Source of the DNA: Tubiluchus corallicola
Taxonomy: Eukaryota; Animalia; Priapulida
DNA length: 42,148 nucleotides
Direction: 5' to 3'
Assembly: GCA_030141605.1 (NCBI GenBank)
Contig: JAQGDQ010001410.1
Span: 1 to 42,148 of the forward strand
Below the pieces are notes generated by a model, which made no database searches, was not told where the DNA came from, and was given only the letters and a program-made list of their open reading frames with translations. Positions 24,153 to 34,899 of the stretch are shown piece by piece (positions within the stretch are counted from its first letter, which is position 1; each line of letters starts with the position of its first letter). The translations under genes and the position numbers were made by a program.

Positions 24153-24421
24153 TCTGAAAGTGCCTTGCCAGACCTCTGATGCCAAACTGTGTCACGTTTA
24201 CTATTAGGTGACAATTGTTTGTATCTAATGGATCACTTTAGTTATTTGCTTGGCTGCGTCAATTAAACAGCCGAATATAAAGACACTTATGATTGAGTGA
24301 CTTCAGCGATAATGATAGTGTTTGCCTGCTTTGCGTTACCTATTTTTGCAAGCACCGCATGTTTATCTACCTAGCTTACATTATGCAGCAGTGGACTAGA
24401 CAGAAATGGCCATGTAAAGTA

Positions 24422-24904
24422 CCGTATTTTCCCGTGTATAAGAGACCCTTTTTTGCCCAGAATTTTCACTTTAAAAATAGGGGGTCTCTTATACATGGGA
24501 GTAAGTCTTTTCAATAAGATGCATAAATTGTGACACTAATGATTTTAAAGAAATAAGTGCTCTACATCTGTTTTATTTCGAATAATTATAGTTTCCTTTC
24601 AATAAATCTTCTCCATGGCTAGAGGTCATTATTAAATCTTTCAAGAAGTGTGGCATCTCCAATGCCATGGACGGCACAGAGGACAATGCCATTTTTGAGC
24701 AGAGTGACTCCTCTGATGATGAACTGGCTGGAATTGCTGAAGGTCTGACTGCAGTTGATATTTTTGATGAGAGTGATGAGGAATTTAATGATTTCTATGA
24801 TGAATAAAGTTATTCATTACCAAAAAATTTTTTTCCAGAATTTTTGCCTAAAAATTGAAGGGGTCTCTTATACACAAGGGTCTCTTATACATGGGAAAAT
24901 ACGG
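24422..24904 (+). mobile_element. Internally deleted pogo/Tc2-type DNA transposon
   Basis: TIRs CCGTATTTTCCC(G/A)TGTATAAGAGACC with TA TSDs. 24616-24807 encodes IIKSFKKCGISNAMDGTEDNAIF plus an acidic tail, the characteristic pogo/POGK-type transposase C-terminus. Confidence 0.88.
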
Positions 24905-25342
24905 TACATAAAAAGCTGCAATCAGCTATGTTGTAGTTAGGGGCTTTTTCCTAATCATGACAGCAATTGCTTTCCCTGCTGTCTAAAACATTAATAAACA
25001 GTTGTTTCCACACAGTTGGAACACAAGTTTTCATAAGAAAGTAAAAAAGCATTACTTCTACAATCACTCAAAGGATCATTTTGCTAGCATTTGCAGCTCT
25101 TTTTATAATGATAATGTCATAGAAAACTGCAACATCTGAGGAATGGAATGTCCCTGCTGACTCGTTAGCAGCTATACGGACATTCATTGCACAGCACCGC
25201 CTCTCCCCGCAAAAAACACAATTTTTTGGTCAAGTTTATGAAAATAGATGCTAAACGACCCATATCAATAACACACCTATTCGTTCATTACAACATGTTA
25301 AAGAACAGAACTTAAATGTAAAACACCAGCTTACAAACTCAC

Positions 25343-25437
25343 CAGTGTCCAGATAGTCTATTTCGACCGCTGCACCTTCCTCCTTGAGATCTTGCTCTCT
25401 GATCTGCACAGCTGGTTCACCTCCTTGCAATTCGATC
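25343..25437 (-). CDS. PIK3R4: Following exon of PIK3R4/Vps15, in inverted orientation
   Basis: On minus: acceptor tttttgaaatCAG, donor GTGAGT, 95 nt. The first G completes the AG|G Arg codon left by exon 3197-3281. Translates IELQGGEPAVQIREQDLKEEGAAVEIDYLDT(G), vs recalled human [37 protein letters not shown]. Confidence 0.75.
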
Positions 25438-25557
25438 CTGATTTCAAAAATGATAAATCAAATGCATGATGCCATAGTGTAATGAGATCTGATTTGATAA
25501 GGTGACATCTAGTCTACTAAAATGTGTGTGTAGTAGGCCTATTAAGATTTTGTATCT

Positions 25558-27900
25558 ATACCAAGTATACCCTGTATGTAATGTCTGCTTACAAGCTGGC
25601 TTCCATACCAAGTATACCCTGTATATAATGTCTGCTTACAAGCTGGCTTCCATACCAAGTATACCCTGTATATAATGCCTGCTTACAAGCTGGCTTCCAT
25701 ACCAAGTATACCCTGTATATAATGCCTGCTTACAAGCTGGCTTCCATACCAAGTATACCCTGTATGTAACCTCCTCTTAAAAGCTGGCTTCCATACCAAG
25801 TATACCCTGTATATAATGCCTGCTTACAAGCTGGCATCCATACCAAGTATACCCTGTATATAATGCCTGCTTACAAGCTGGCTTCCATACCAAGTATACC
25901 CTGTATGTAACTTCCTCTTAAAAGCTGGCTTCCATACCAAGTATACCCTGTATGTAACTTCCTCTTAAAAGCTGGCTTCCATACCAAGGATACCCTGTAT
26001 ATAATGTCTGCTTACAAGCTGGCTTCCATACCAAGTATACCCTGTATGTAATGTCTGCTTACAAGCTGGCTTCCATACCAAGGATACCCTGTATATAATG
26101 TCTGCTTACAAGCTGGCTTCAATACCAAGGATACCCTGTATATAATCTGCTTATAAGCTGGCTTCCATACCAAGTATACCCTGTATATAATGTCTGCTTA
26201 CAAGCTGGCTTCCATACCAAGTATACCCTGTATGTAATGTCTGCTTACAAGCTGGCTTCCATACCAAGTATACCCTGTATGTAATGTCTGCTTACAAGCT
26301 GGCTTCCATACCAAGTATACCCTGTATGTAATGTCTGCTTACAAGCTGGCTTCCATACCAAGTATACCCTGTATGTAACTTCCTCTTAAAAGCTGGCTTC
26401 CATACCAAGTATACCCTGTATGTAACTTCCTCTTAAAAGCTGGCTTCCATACCAAGGATACCCTGTATATAATGTCTGCTTACATGCTGGCTTCCATACC
26501 AAGTATACCCTGTATGTAATGTCTGCTTACAAGCTGGCTTCCATACCAAGGATACCCTGTATACAATGTCTGCTTACAAGCTGGCTTCCATACCAAGGAT
26601 ACCCTGTATATAATCTGCTTATAAGCTGGCTTCCATACCAAGTATACCCTGTATATAATGTCTGCTTACAAGCTGGCTTCCATACCAAGTATACCCTGTA
26701 TGTAATGTCTGCTTACAAGCTGGCTTCCATACCAAGTATACCCTGTATGTAATGTCTGCTTACAAGTTGGCTTCCATACCAAGTATACCCTGTATGTAAT
26801 GTCTGCTTACAAACTGGCTTCCATACCAAGGATACCCTATATATAATGTCTGCTTACAAGCTGGCTTCCATACCAAGTATACCCTGCATGTAATGTCTGC
26901 TTACAAGCTGGCTTCCATACCAAGTATACCCTGTATATAATCTCCTCTTAAAAGCTGGCATCCATACCAAGTATACCCTGTATATAATGCCTGCTTACAA
27001 GCTGGCTTCCATACCAAGTATACCCTGTATGTAACTTCCTCTTAAAAGCTGGCTTCCATACCAAGTATACCCTGTATGTAACTTCCTCTTAAAAGCTGGC
27101 TTCCATACCAAGGATACCCTGTATATAATGTCTGCTTACAAGCTGGCTTCCATACCAAGTATACCCTGTATGTAATGTCTGCTTACAAGCTGGCTTCCAT
27201 GCCAAGGATACCCTGTATATAATGTCTGCTTACAAGCTGACTTCAATACCAAGGATACCCTGTATATAATCTGCTTATAAGCTGGCTTCCATACCAAGTA
27301 TACCCTGTATATAATGTCTGCTTACAAGCTGGCTTCCATACCAAGTATACCCTGTATGTAATGTCTGCTTACAAGCTGGCTTCCATACCAAGTATACCCT
27401 GTATGTAATGTCTGCTTACAAGCTGGCTTCCATACCAAGTATACCCTGTATGTAATGTCTGCTTACAAGCTGGCTTCCATACCAAGGATACCCTATATAT
27501 AATGTCTGCTTACAAGCTGGCTTCCATACCAAGTATACCCTGCATGTAATGTCTGCTTACAAGCTGGCTTCCATACCAAGTATACCCTGTATATAATCTC
27601 CTCTTAAAAGCTGGCATCCATACCATGGATACCCTGTATATAATGTCTGCTTACAAGCTGGCTTCCATACCAAGTATACCCTGCATATAATGTCTGCTTA
27701 CAAGCTGGCTTCAATACCAAGGATACCCTGTATATAATGTCTGCTTACAAGCTGGCTTCCATACCAAGGATACCCTGTATATAATGTCTGCTTACAAGCT
27801 GGCTTCCATACCAAGGATACCCTGGATATAATATCTGCTTACAAGGTGGCTTCAATATGGAGTATATCCTGCATGTAACCTCTGCTTACAAGCAGGCTTC
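25558..27900. repeat. 47-bp minisatellite, ~50 copies
   Basis: Unit ATACCAAGTATACCCTGTATRTAATGTCTGCTTACAAGCTGGCTTCC, degenerate at the right end. Confidence 0.97.
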
Positions 27901-28467
27901 ATTATGCAAACACACTATATCTGTTGAGTCAATTAACATTAGGCGACAAAAATACTGAATTATGTAGATCAGAGTTTGTTATTGACTATATCACTATTTC
28001 ATGGTAAGGCAACTAGCAACAATAAAATCTTCACATCGGCGACAATTGTTGCGGACTATTTAAACACATTAAATATGTGTTCAAATTATAATTCAAAACT
28101 TTCCTCCCTTTTCGGCAGGTATGATTTAAAGAAATCAATGATGGGGTTTATTCCGCCGCACAATGACAATCGTAATACATTTCCCCCGAATGTACATCAA
28201 AGTGAAACAGTTGTTGACATAGTTGATTACGAAACAAAACAATGGCAAACTGCAGAACATTGTGGGCAATTTAGCTAATTGACTGTTGTGTAATGTAAAC
28301 AGAGTAGGTCAACAGTGAAAGTGCAGGCAGAGATTAGTAACGATGTGAGTAAAGCAGGCAGGTGTTGTAATTATTAGCAATGTCACTCAACGGTTAGCAA
28401 TACGTTAAACAACGCATGAACAACGGTTATGTAAATCACAGCTTTGCGTCATTTAAATTTACTTAAA

Positions 28468-29823
28468 ATGTGTTTTGTGCAGTTCACGTTGTGTGTTTTT
28501 GTGACTCTGACCTTAGCAGCTCATTGCGAAAAACAAAACATTTGCACAAAGACGAGAACAACCAACGGAAATGATTTCTGGAAAGAAAACATCACACTGA
28601 ATGAAATAACCAGCTACCGGAATATTCGCCAATACAGCTGCTGTTCTCTAGAAGGAAAACATCTTCGGATTGGTATGAAAATGGACAAGACACATCCGTT
28701 TGTGGACAAATTGCTACCACTGCTCAGTAAAATACTGAATTTCACGTACTCCATCAAGGAACTTGGAACGTTACACGGTCCACGCGATGTAATCAGGAGT
28801 GGAGAAGTTGACATGTTTTTTACCTTGTTCATCATGTTCCCGGAAAGAGCCAGATACGTGACGTTTCTTCATCCGCTCCTCGATTTGCGACATATCTTCA
28901 TAATAAAGACACCCGGCTTCCGAGGATTTAGTTTACTGGACCCCTTTACCAGGGACATATGGATTTTGCTGTTAACGTACAGTATGTTGACTGGTCTGTT
29001 TTTAATTTACATAAGTTGCCACAGAATACTAGAATATGGAGACAACACCTCCTCCATGGATGACAAGAAAAGAGCGGCATATTTCATTCTGTACACATTA
29101 TGCTCACTTCTCCAACAAGGTGGAAACTATGTACCCTGCCGTTCATCTGCAAGGATGCTCATCGGATGGTGGTGGATCTTTGCGCTTGTAATGACGGCAC
29201 TGTACACCGGCACTTTAGTTAGCAAACTCTTTGTGAGCAAACGGCAATATCCGTTCACGTCGCTGCAGGAGCTAATTGATGGAGATGTAACACCTGTAAC
29301 AATAGGCAACCTTTCCTCGACAATGCTGTTAAGGAATAGTCCACATGATTCAGATTACGGGAAACTGTGGAAGAAAATGGAAGCTGATGGAACAGTTCCT
29401 GTTGATACATATGAAGAAGCACTGGCGAGAACTTTTTCGGGAAAATATGCTACGTTTGTTACTGATTATTGGGGAAAGTTTTTAATCAGTGAAGATTACA
29501 AGTTACACGGGACTTGCAGGTTTACATTTGCTCCAATTTTTTCAATACCCCGACCAGTTTCCGTTGTCGTTCCCAAAGCGAGTAACTACACAGAACAGTT
29601 AAATTATGGATTGGCCAGTTTACTGGAAACTGGAACAGTTAATCAACTCTTACAGAAGTTTTTAGAACCGACATATAGTTGCTTGGATCTAGCCAGTCAA
29701 ACAGTGAGTGCTCAGCCAGTTACCATACAGCACCTTGTAGTTGTATTCTGGGCCTTGTTGCTTGGACTAAGCATTGCTCTTATTATGTTTGTGGGTGAAT
29801 GTCTTTATGGAAAAGTGGCGTAA
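28468..29823 (+). CDS. IR-like copy F (~451 aa), divergent single copy in the spacer
   Basis: Intact ORF from the ATG at 28468 with the same architecture as the other copies. Confidence 0.9.
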   Translation: MCFVQFTLCVFVTLTLAAHCEKQNICTKTRTTNGNDFWKENITLNEITSYRNIRQYSCCSLEGKHLRIGMKMDKTHPFVDKLLPLLSKILNFTYSIKELGTLHGPRDVIRSGEVDMFFTLFIMFPERARYVTFLHPLLDLRHIFIIKTPGFRGFSLLDPFTRDIWILLLTYSMLTGLFLIYISCHRILEYGDNTSSMDDKKRAAYFILYTLCSLLQQGGNYVPCRSSARMLIGWWWIFALVMTALYTGTLVSKLFVSKRQYPFTSLQELIDGDVTPVTIGNLSSTMLLRNSPHDSDYGKLWKKMEADGTVPVDTYEEALARTFSGKYATFVTDYWGKFLISEDYKLHGTCRFTFAPIFSIPRPVSVVVPKASNYTEQLNYGLASLLETGTVNQLLQKFLEPTYSCLDLASQTVSAQPVTIQHLVVVFWALLLGLSIALIMFVGECLYGKVA

Positions 29824-31676
29824 TTAATGAGTCGCCAAGAAAATTCCAAAAAAAATTACTGCGCATATTAAAAAAAAGTTCCTAGTGTTTTAAATAAATC
29901 TAAATAGCACCTTTCCCACTTATCTGTCATGCTATTACAACTTTGCAAAATAACAATTATGCATTTTAATTTTTGAACAGGTCTGTGTGCAAGTTCTTAA
30001 AGTACTTTCAATGGAATGATAAGTTTAGTGTTGAAGCAAGTCTTTTAAACTTAGGTATTTACAGAATAACCCAGATAAGTACTGATGAATGTCAAACATT
30101 TGGAGATGATGATGTTAAAACACTTGAAAGGATTTAAACTTTTTAACTCTTACAGTAAAGCGCTTCTGTCACTTATGGGGTCGAGCACATTTTGATCAAA
30201 GGTAGCCGACATGTAAGACATGTAGTGTTGCAAAGATGAATTATTTTTTGTTGTTATTTGTCGTGTTAAAGAGCATTACAAATTGCAGTAACGTGTCATA
30301 TTTGTGCCAAAACTGGCTATTCTGTTGATATAGGATAGATATTTTTCTAAACTATTCATCAAACACGATTCGTAAAAGCAGTACGATTTGATACCACAAA
30401 AATTTATTCTGTGCCATTCCATTTTTATCATTTCATCTGGGACTCTCATACTGCTATGTTGCTAGTGTCAAATATTATTGGTTAGTGAGGCCTGAAGAGT
30501 TGATTTATTGTGCTGTACTAAATCTTGTAATAAACTGACACGTAGCCAAACCAAATCAGGCAGCAAATAATAGCTTAAATCCAATGCATCGAATGAAGGC
30601 AGCGAAATTAAAAAAGGACCAATATATGTAAAGCAGAGCACATATTAGCTTTCACTGGCACAGACTATTCTATTAAGGATCATTTATAAAAGGCTGCTAA
30701 TTAAATTTGAAGGACAGGGTTTAGGGCAAGAAATAGAGAGTGAAAATTCAGCATACTCAGAAGAAGCTGTTTACCTTTGACTAGCATTTACTGGTTACCA
30801 TGGATATCAAAACAAGAATAGATTGTTTAAAATGCTTAAGGGCCTGTTCCCTAATTCGGGAAATTCATTCTGGGTTTCGCCCTACGGTCCGTTTTTCACG
30901 TTTTTCAGGTTCAAGAACTGGCTGTAAAAAACGTTGAGCCGTCAGTGTTTCATTCATATACTTGTGACTGCTGTTCTGCTGTTTATATTGGTAAAACCTT
31001 ACGTCACTTAGCAAATACGAACATTGAGGCGGGTTGCTTGCTACAGACAGACAACTGAAATCAGTGTCACAGTCGTAGATCTACGAGCAGTGTTCACAAA
31101 CCCAACACTCATTTAAATTTGATAATTTCAAAATTTTAGATTCTGCTCACAGTGACTTTGTTTTGCACATTTTTGAAACTCTTTTGACAAGAAACTTTAG
31201 CCAGAGCTTAATGACGAACTGGAATTATTTTGAGCTGGTCCTTGCAGCTGCTCATTTACAGTGTCGGAATGTAAAGGTTTCTCCTATTACCACCCACATT
31301 CATTGGTCAGAGAATGAATTGTGTCGGAGTAACATAACTTGACCATTTAGTATTCAGTTTGTTTGCCCGATTTCTTGATTTTTGAAAAACAATTTTACAC
31401 TGCATTTTATTAAGGTGGATTGTAGCACGAACATGACCTTAACTGGTAAAACGTTGCAGATGTTGTGTCTGAATAAAAGACATGTCTTTGCTTATGTGGG
31501 CGCTGGTTTATATTTTCATTTTAGATTTGCTTTTCCCATAACCAATCAGAAACAAGAGAGTAAATCCGTTAAACTAGAACCGGTTTGGGTAACTTCAGAT
31601 AAGAAATACACATAGCGACCAAACATCTTCCTTATAAAAGTCAATAATTCGACAGTCGAAGTAAGTGAATGTATCT

Positions 31677-31890
31677 TTGTTGTTGTTGGCATGCTTCTGT
31701 CTCGAAAGACAATGGATTGTGCGCCAAGAGAGTCAGTTATTGATCACATTGATGGAGCTGCAGCGTCGGCTGTGGCTGAGCAATCTGATCCTCGAACCAC
31801 TGGAGTGGCCTCTCCAGGGTGCACGCCTGGGCAAGGTGTATTGGAGATCCTGAGTTGCCCAGACAACAGGAACCCCCTCTCTTCCTCCCT
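31677..31890 (-). mobile_element. 5'-truncated copy of the RTE-related SINE (3' part)
   Basis: Reverse-complement homolog of ~32450-32641 with a (CAA)n tail. Possible TSD AGTGAATG (31664-31671 / 31891-31898). Confidence 0.7.
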
Positions 31891-32096
31891 AGTGAATGAG
31901 TTAGAATCCAATGGACAGCCATCAACAGTCACGGATATGGTGAGAGAATGCCTTGGCTGCACAGAGAACATTAAAGGTTAAAAACGGCCTACTTTATCAA
32001 GTTTGCATTTAATCTAAAAACAGGAGGAAAACGCTCCATGATTTTCTTATACTTGTAATTCTACCTTGGTGATTTATAAAAGAGGTAATAAGAGGT

Positions 32097-32217
32097 AACT
32101 ACGGCCAAATCACAGTTGAAAACACCGGTTCTCGTCTGATCACCGAAGTTAAGCAACGTAGAGCCTGATTAGTACTTGGATGGGTGACCGCCTAGGAATA
32201 CCAGGTGCTGTAGGCTT
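32097..32217 (+). rRNA. 5S rRNA-derived sequence (SINE head or pseudogene, probably not a functional rRNA gene)
   Basis: CTACGGCC...GATCACCGAAGTTAAGCAACG...TTAGTACTTGGATGGGTGACCGCCT.GGAATACCAGGTGCTGTAGGCTT, with the internal A and C boxes recognisable. Confidence 0.85.
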
Positions 32218-32646
32218 GCGGGATGCTCACACTGTATCTCGACACTAGGCGGAGGAGCTGCACAAGGCAGCCAACGGCTAGAGGGCGGAGGAGGTCAAGT
32301 GATCCAACGGCCATGTGTAGAGGAGTAAACCTTCCAAATCAGGAGTGGAGGACCGAAGGCGGACCAGTGCAACATGCTCACTGACTCCGGCAGCTCCTGC
32401 AGTGAACCTGGTGCCAAACGTATCGCTCCGCTTTCCTTTGGACTACATCAGCGAGGAAGAGGGGGGTTCCTGTTGTCTGAGCAACTCAGTATCTCCAAAC
32501 ACCTTGCCCAGGCGTGCGCCCTGGAGACGTTCAAACATCGGACTGCTCAGCCACAGTCGACGCTGCAGCTCCATCAATGTGATCAATAACTGACTCTCTT
32601 GGCGCTCACTCCATCGCCTTCCGAGACAGAAGGATGCCAACTAACC
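32097..32646 (+). mobile_element. 5S rRNA-headed SINE (SINE3-type) with an RTE-like body and tail
   Basis: Full 5S-like head without an oligo-T terminator, then a ~430-bp GC-rich body ending CCGAGACAGAAGGATGCCAAC. Interrupts sequence paralogous to the IR upstream regions. Confidence 0.75.
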
Positions 32647-32774
32647 AATATGGTACAAATGAGTTATTTGCAAACAAATTACGAAGTTCAATTTTGCACT
32701 TTTTACTTGGTAGATGATGTTGAAAGATGAAAAAGCCCCTAACTACAACATAGCTGATTGCAGCTTTTTATGTA

Positions 32775-33256
32775 CCGTATTTTCCCATGTATAAGAGACC
32801 TTGTGTATAAGAGACCCCTTCAATTTTTAGGCAAAAATTCTGGAAAAAAGTTTTTTGGTAATGAATAACTTTATTCATCATAGAAATCATTAAATTCCTC
32901 ATCACTCTCATCAAAAATATCAACTGCAGTCAGACCTTCAGCAATTCCAGCCAGTTCATCATCAGAGGAGTTACTCTGCTCAAAAATGGCATTGTCCTCT
33001 GTGCCGTCCATGGCATTGGAGATGCCACACTTCTTGAAAGATTTAATAATGACCTCTAGCCATGGAGAAGATTTATTGAAAGGAAACTATAATTATTCGA
33101 AATAAAACAGTTGTAGAGCACTTATTTCTTTAAAATCATTAGTGTCACAATTTATGCATCTTATTGAAAAGACTTACTCCCATGTATAAGAGACCCCCTA
33201 TTTTTAAAGTGAAAATTCTGGGCAAAAAAAGGTCTCTTATACACGGGAAAATACGG
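32775..33256 (-). mobile_element. Mirror copy of the pogo/Tc2-type element
   Basis: Reverse complement of 24422-24904 with the same flanks. Confidence 0.88.
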
Positions 33257-33525
33257 TACTTTACATGGCCATTTCTGTCTAGTCCACTGCTGCATAATGT
33301 AAGCTAGGTAGATAAACATGCGGTGCTTGCAAAAATAGGTAACGCAAAGCAGGCAAACACTATCATTATCGCTGAAGTCACTCAATCATAAGTGTCTTTA
33401 TATTCGGCTGTTTAATTGACGCAGCCAAGCAAATAACTAAAGTGCTCCATTAGATACAAACAATTGTCACCTAATAGTAAACGTGACACAGTTTGGCATC
33501 AGAGGTCTGGCAAGGCACTTTCAGA

Positions 33526-34899
33526 ATGTTTTTCGTGCATCTCAAGCTTTGCGTTTTCATGGCTTTGACTTTAGTAGCTCTGTGTGCAACAAAAGACATG
33601 TGTGCAAAGATCAGAACTGTCAATGGAAATTACTCCTGGCAAGGAAGCATCACAAAGAATGAAATAATAAGCTACCACAATATTTTCCAACCAAATTGCT
33701 GTTCGTTAGAAGGAAAACAGCTTCAAATAGGCATGGCAATGGACAAATCACGCCCGTTTCTAGAGAAATTGCTTCTGCTGCTCAGTGAAACTTTAAATTT
33801 CACATATTCCATCAAAGAAGTTGGATATTTACGTGATCCTAATATGGTACTCAGCAATGAAAACATTGACGTGCTTTTCGGCTTGTTCACCATGCTTCCA
33901 GAAAGAGCAAAATACATGACATTTCTTCACCCACTTGTCTATTTACGCCGTATCTTTTTAATAAAGACACCCGACTTTCAGGGATTTAGCTTGTTGGACC
34001 CTTTTCCCAGAAATGTATGGCTGCTTGTGCTAACATATGTCATATTGAGTGGGATATTTTTAACTTGTGTCTGTTGGCAGAAAAGAGAAACACGAAGAGA
34101 GAATGATGGCATCAAGACAGGTAATGAGAAAAGAGCTGATTATTTCATTTTGTATACATTGTCCTCACTTCTCCAACAAGGTGGAAACTATGTACCCTGC
34201 CGTTTATCTGCAAGGGTGTTCATCGGATGGTGGTGGATTTTTGCTCTTATAATGACGGCATTGTACACTGGCAGCTTAGTTAGCAAATTGTTTGTAAGCA
34301 AACGACAATATCCGTTCACGTCGCTGCAAGAGCTAATTGATGGAGACGTAACACCTGTAACCCTCAAAAACTTATCCTCAACAATAATGTTAAGGAATAG
34401 TCCGCATGATTCAGATTATGGAAAACTGTGGAACAAAATGGAAGCTGATGGAACAGGACCTGTCAGTACAAATGTCGAAGTACTAGAAAAAACTTTATCT
34501 GGGAAATACACTTTGTTCATTGCTGATTTTTGGGCAAAATTTCAAATCACTGAAGATTACCAGTTACACGGGACATGCAGGTTTTCATTTGCTCCGATTT
34601 ATTCTACGCCTCTACCCACCGCATTTGTCATTCCGAAAAAGGGCAAATATGCAGAACAGTTAAATTACGGATTGGCCGCTTTATTACAGGCTGGCATAGT
34701 TGAGCGGTTCTTACAGAAGCTTTCAGAACCAGCAAATGACTGCCTTGATCCGGTTACTCAAACTGCGAATGCACGGCCAGTCAACATAGAGCACCTTGAC
34801 GTTGTTTTCTGGGTTCTGCTGCTTGGACTAAGCATTGGTTTAGTTGTATTTGTATGTGAATGTCACTACATAAAAGTAATGCGATTAATGAGTAGCTAA
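33526..34899 (+). CDS. IR-like copy E' (457 aa)
   Basis: Mirror of E with 4 aa differences (ETS>KTG, YIP>YVP, TGT>TGS). Confidence 0.92.
   Translation: MFFVHLKLCVFMALTLVALCATKDMCAKIRTVNGNYSWQGSITKNEIISYHNIFQPNCCSLEGKQLQIGMAMDKSRPFLEKLLLLLSETLNFTYSIKEVGYLRDPNMVLSNENIDVLFGLFTMLPERAKYMTFLHPLVYLRRIFLIKTPDFQGFSLLDPFPRNVWLLVLTYVILSGIFLTCVCWQKRETRRENDGIKTGNEKRADYFILYTLSSLLQQGGNYVPCRLSARVFIGWWWIFALIMTALYTGSLVSKLFVSKRQYPFTSLQELIDGDVTPVTLKNLSSTIMLRNSPHDSDYGKLWNKMEADGTGPVSTNVEVLEKTLSGKYTLFIADFWAKFQITEDYQLHGTCRFSFAPIYSTPLPTAFVIPKKGKYAEQLNYGLAALLQAGIVERFLQKLSEPANDCLDPVTQTANARPVNIEHLDVVFWVLLLGLSIGLVVFVCECHYIKVMRLMSS

Larger units (their letters stand above)
18488..24950. repeat. Left arm (high-identity core) of the inverted duplication; homology continues left to ~13200
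   Basis: Reverse complement of 32729-39193. Coordinate sums are constant at 57678-57679 for genes D/D', E/E' and the MITE. Confidence 0.95.

Noticed and set aside
25558-27900. CRISPR-like array or coding repeat (ORF 26519-26752)
   Set aside because: No unique spacers, no cas genes and a eukaryotic context; it is a plain tandem repeat.
27976-28278. 100-aa ORF upstream of F
   Set aside because: Non-ATG start, no recognisable motif and no counterpart at the other copies.
28468-29823. Palindrome axis (~28840) falling inside gene F
   Set aside because: The spacer is not symmetric, so the midpoint position is coincidental.
32097-32217. Functional 5S rRNA gene
   Set aside because: Solitary copy with an altered 5' end, no oligo-T terminator, and fusion to a retroelement-like body.
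31665-32640. Cluster of short ORFs on both strands
   Set aside because: They lie in GC-rich SINE body sequence with indels between the copies.
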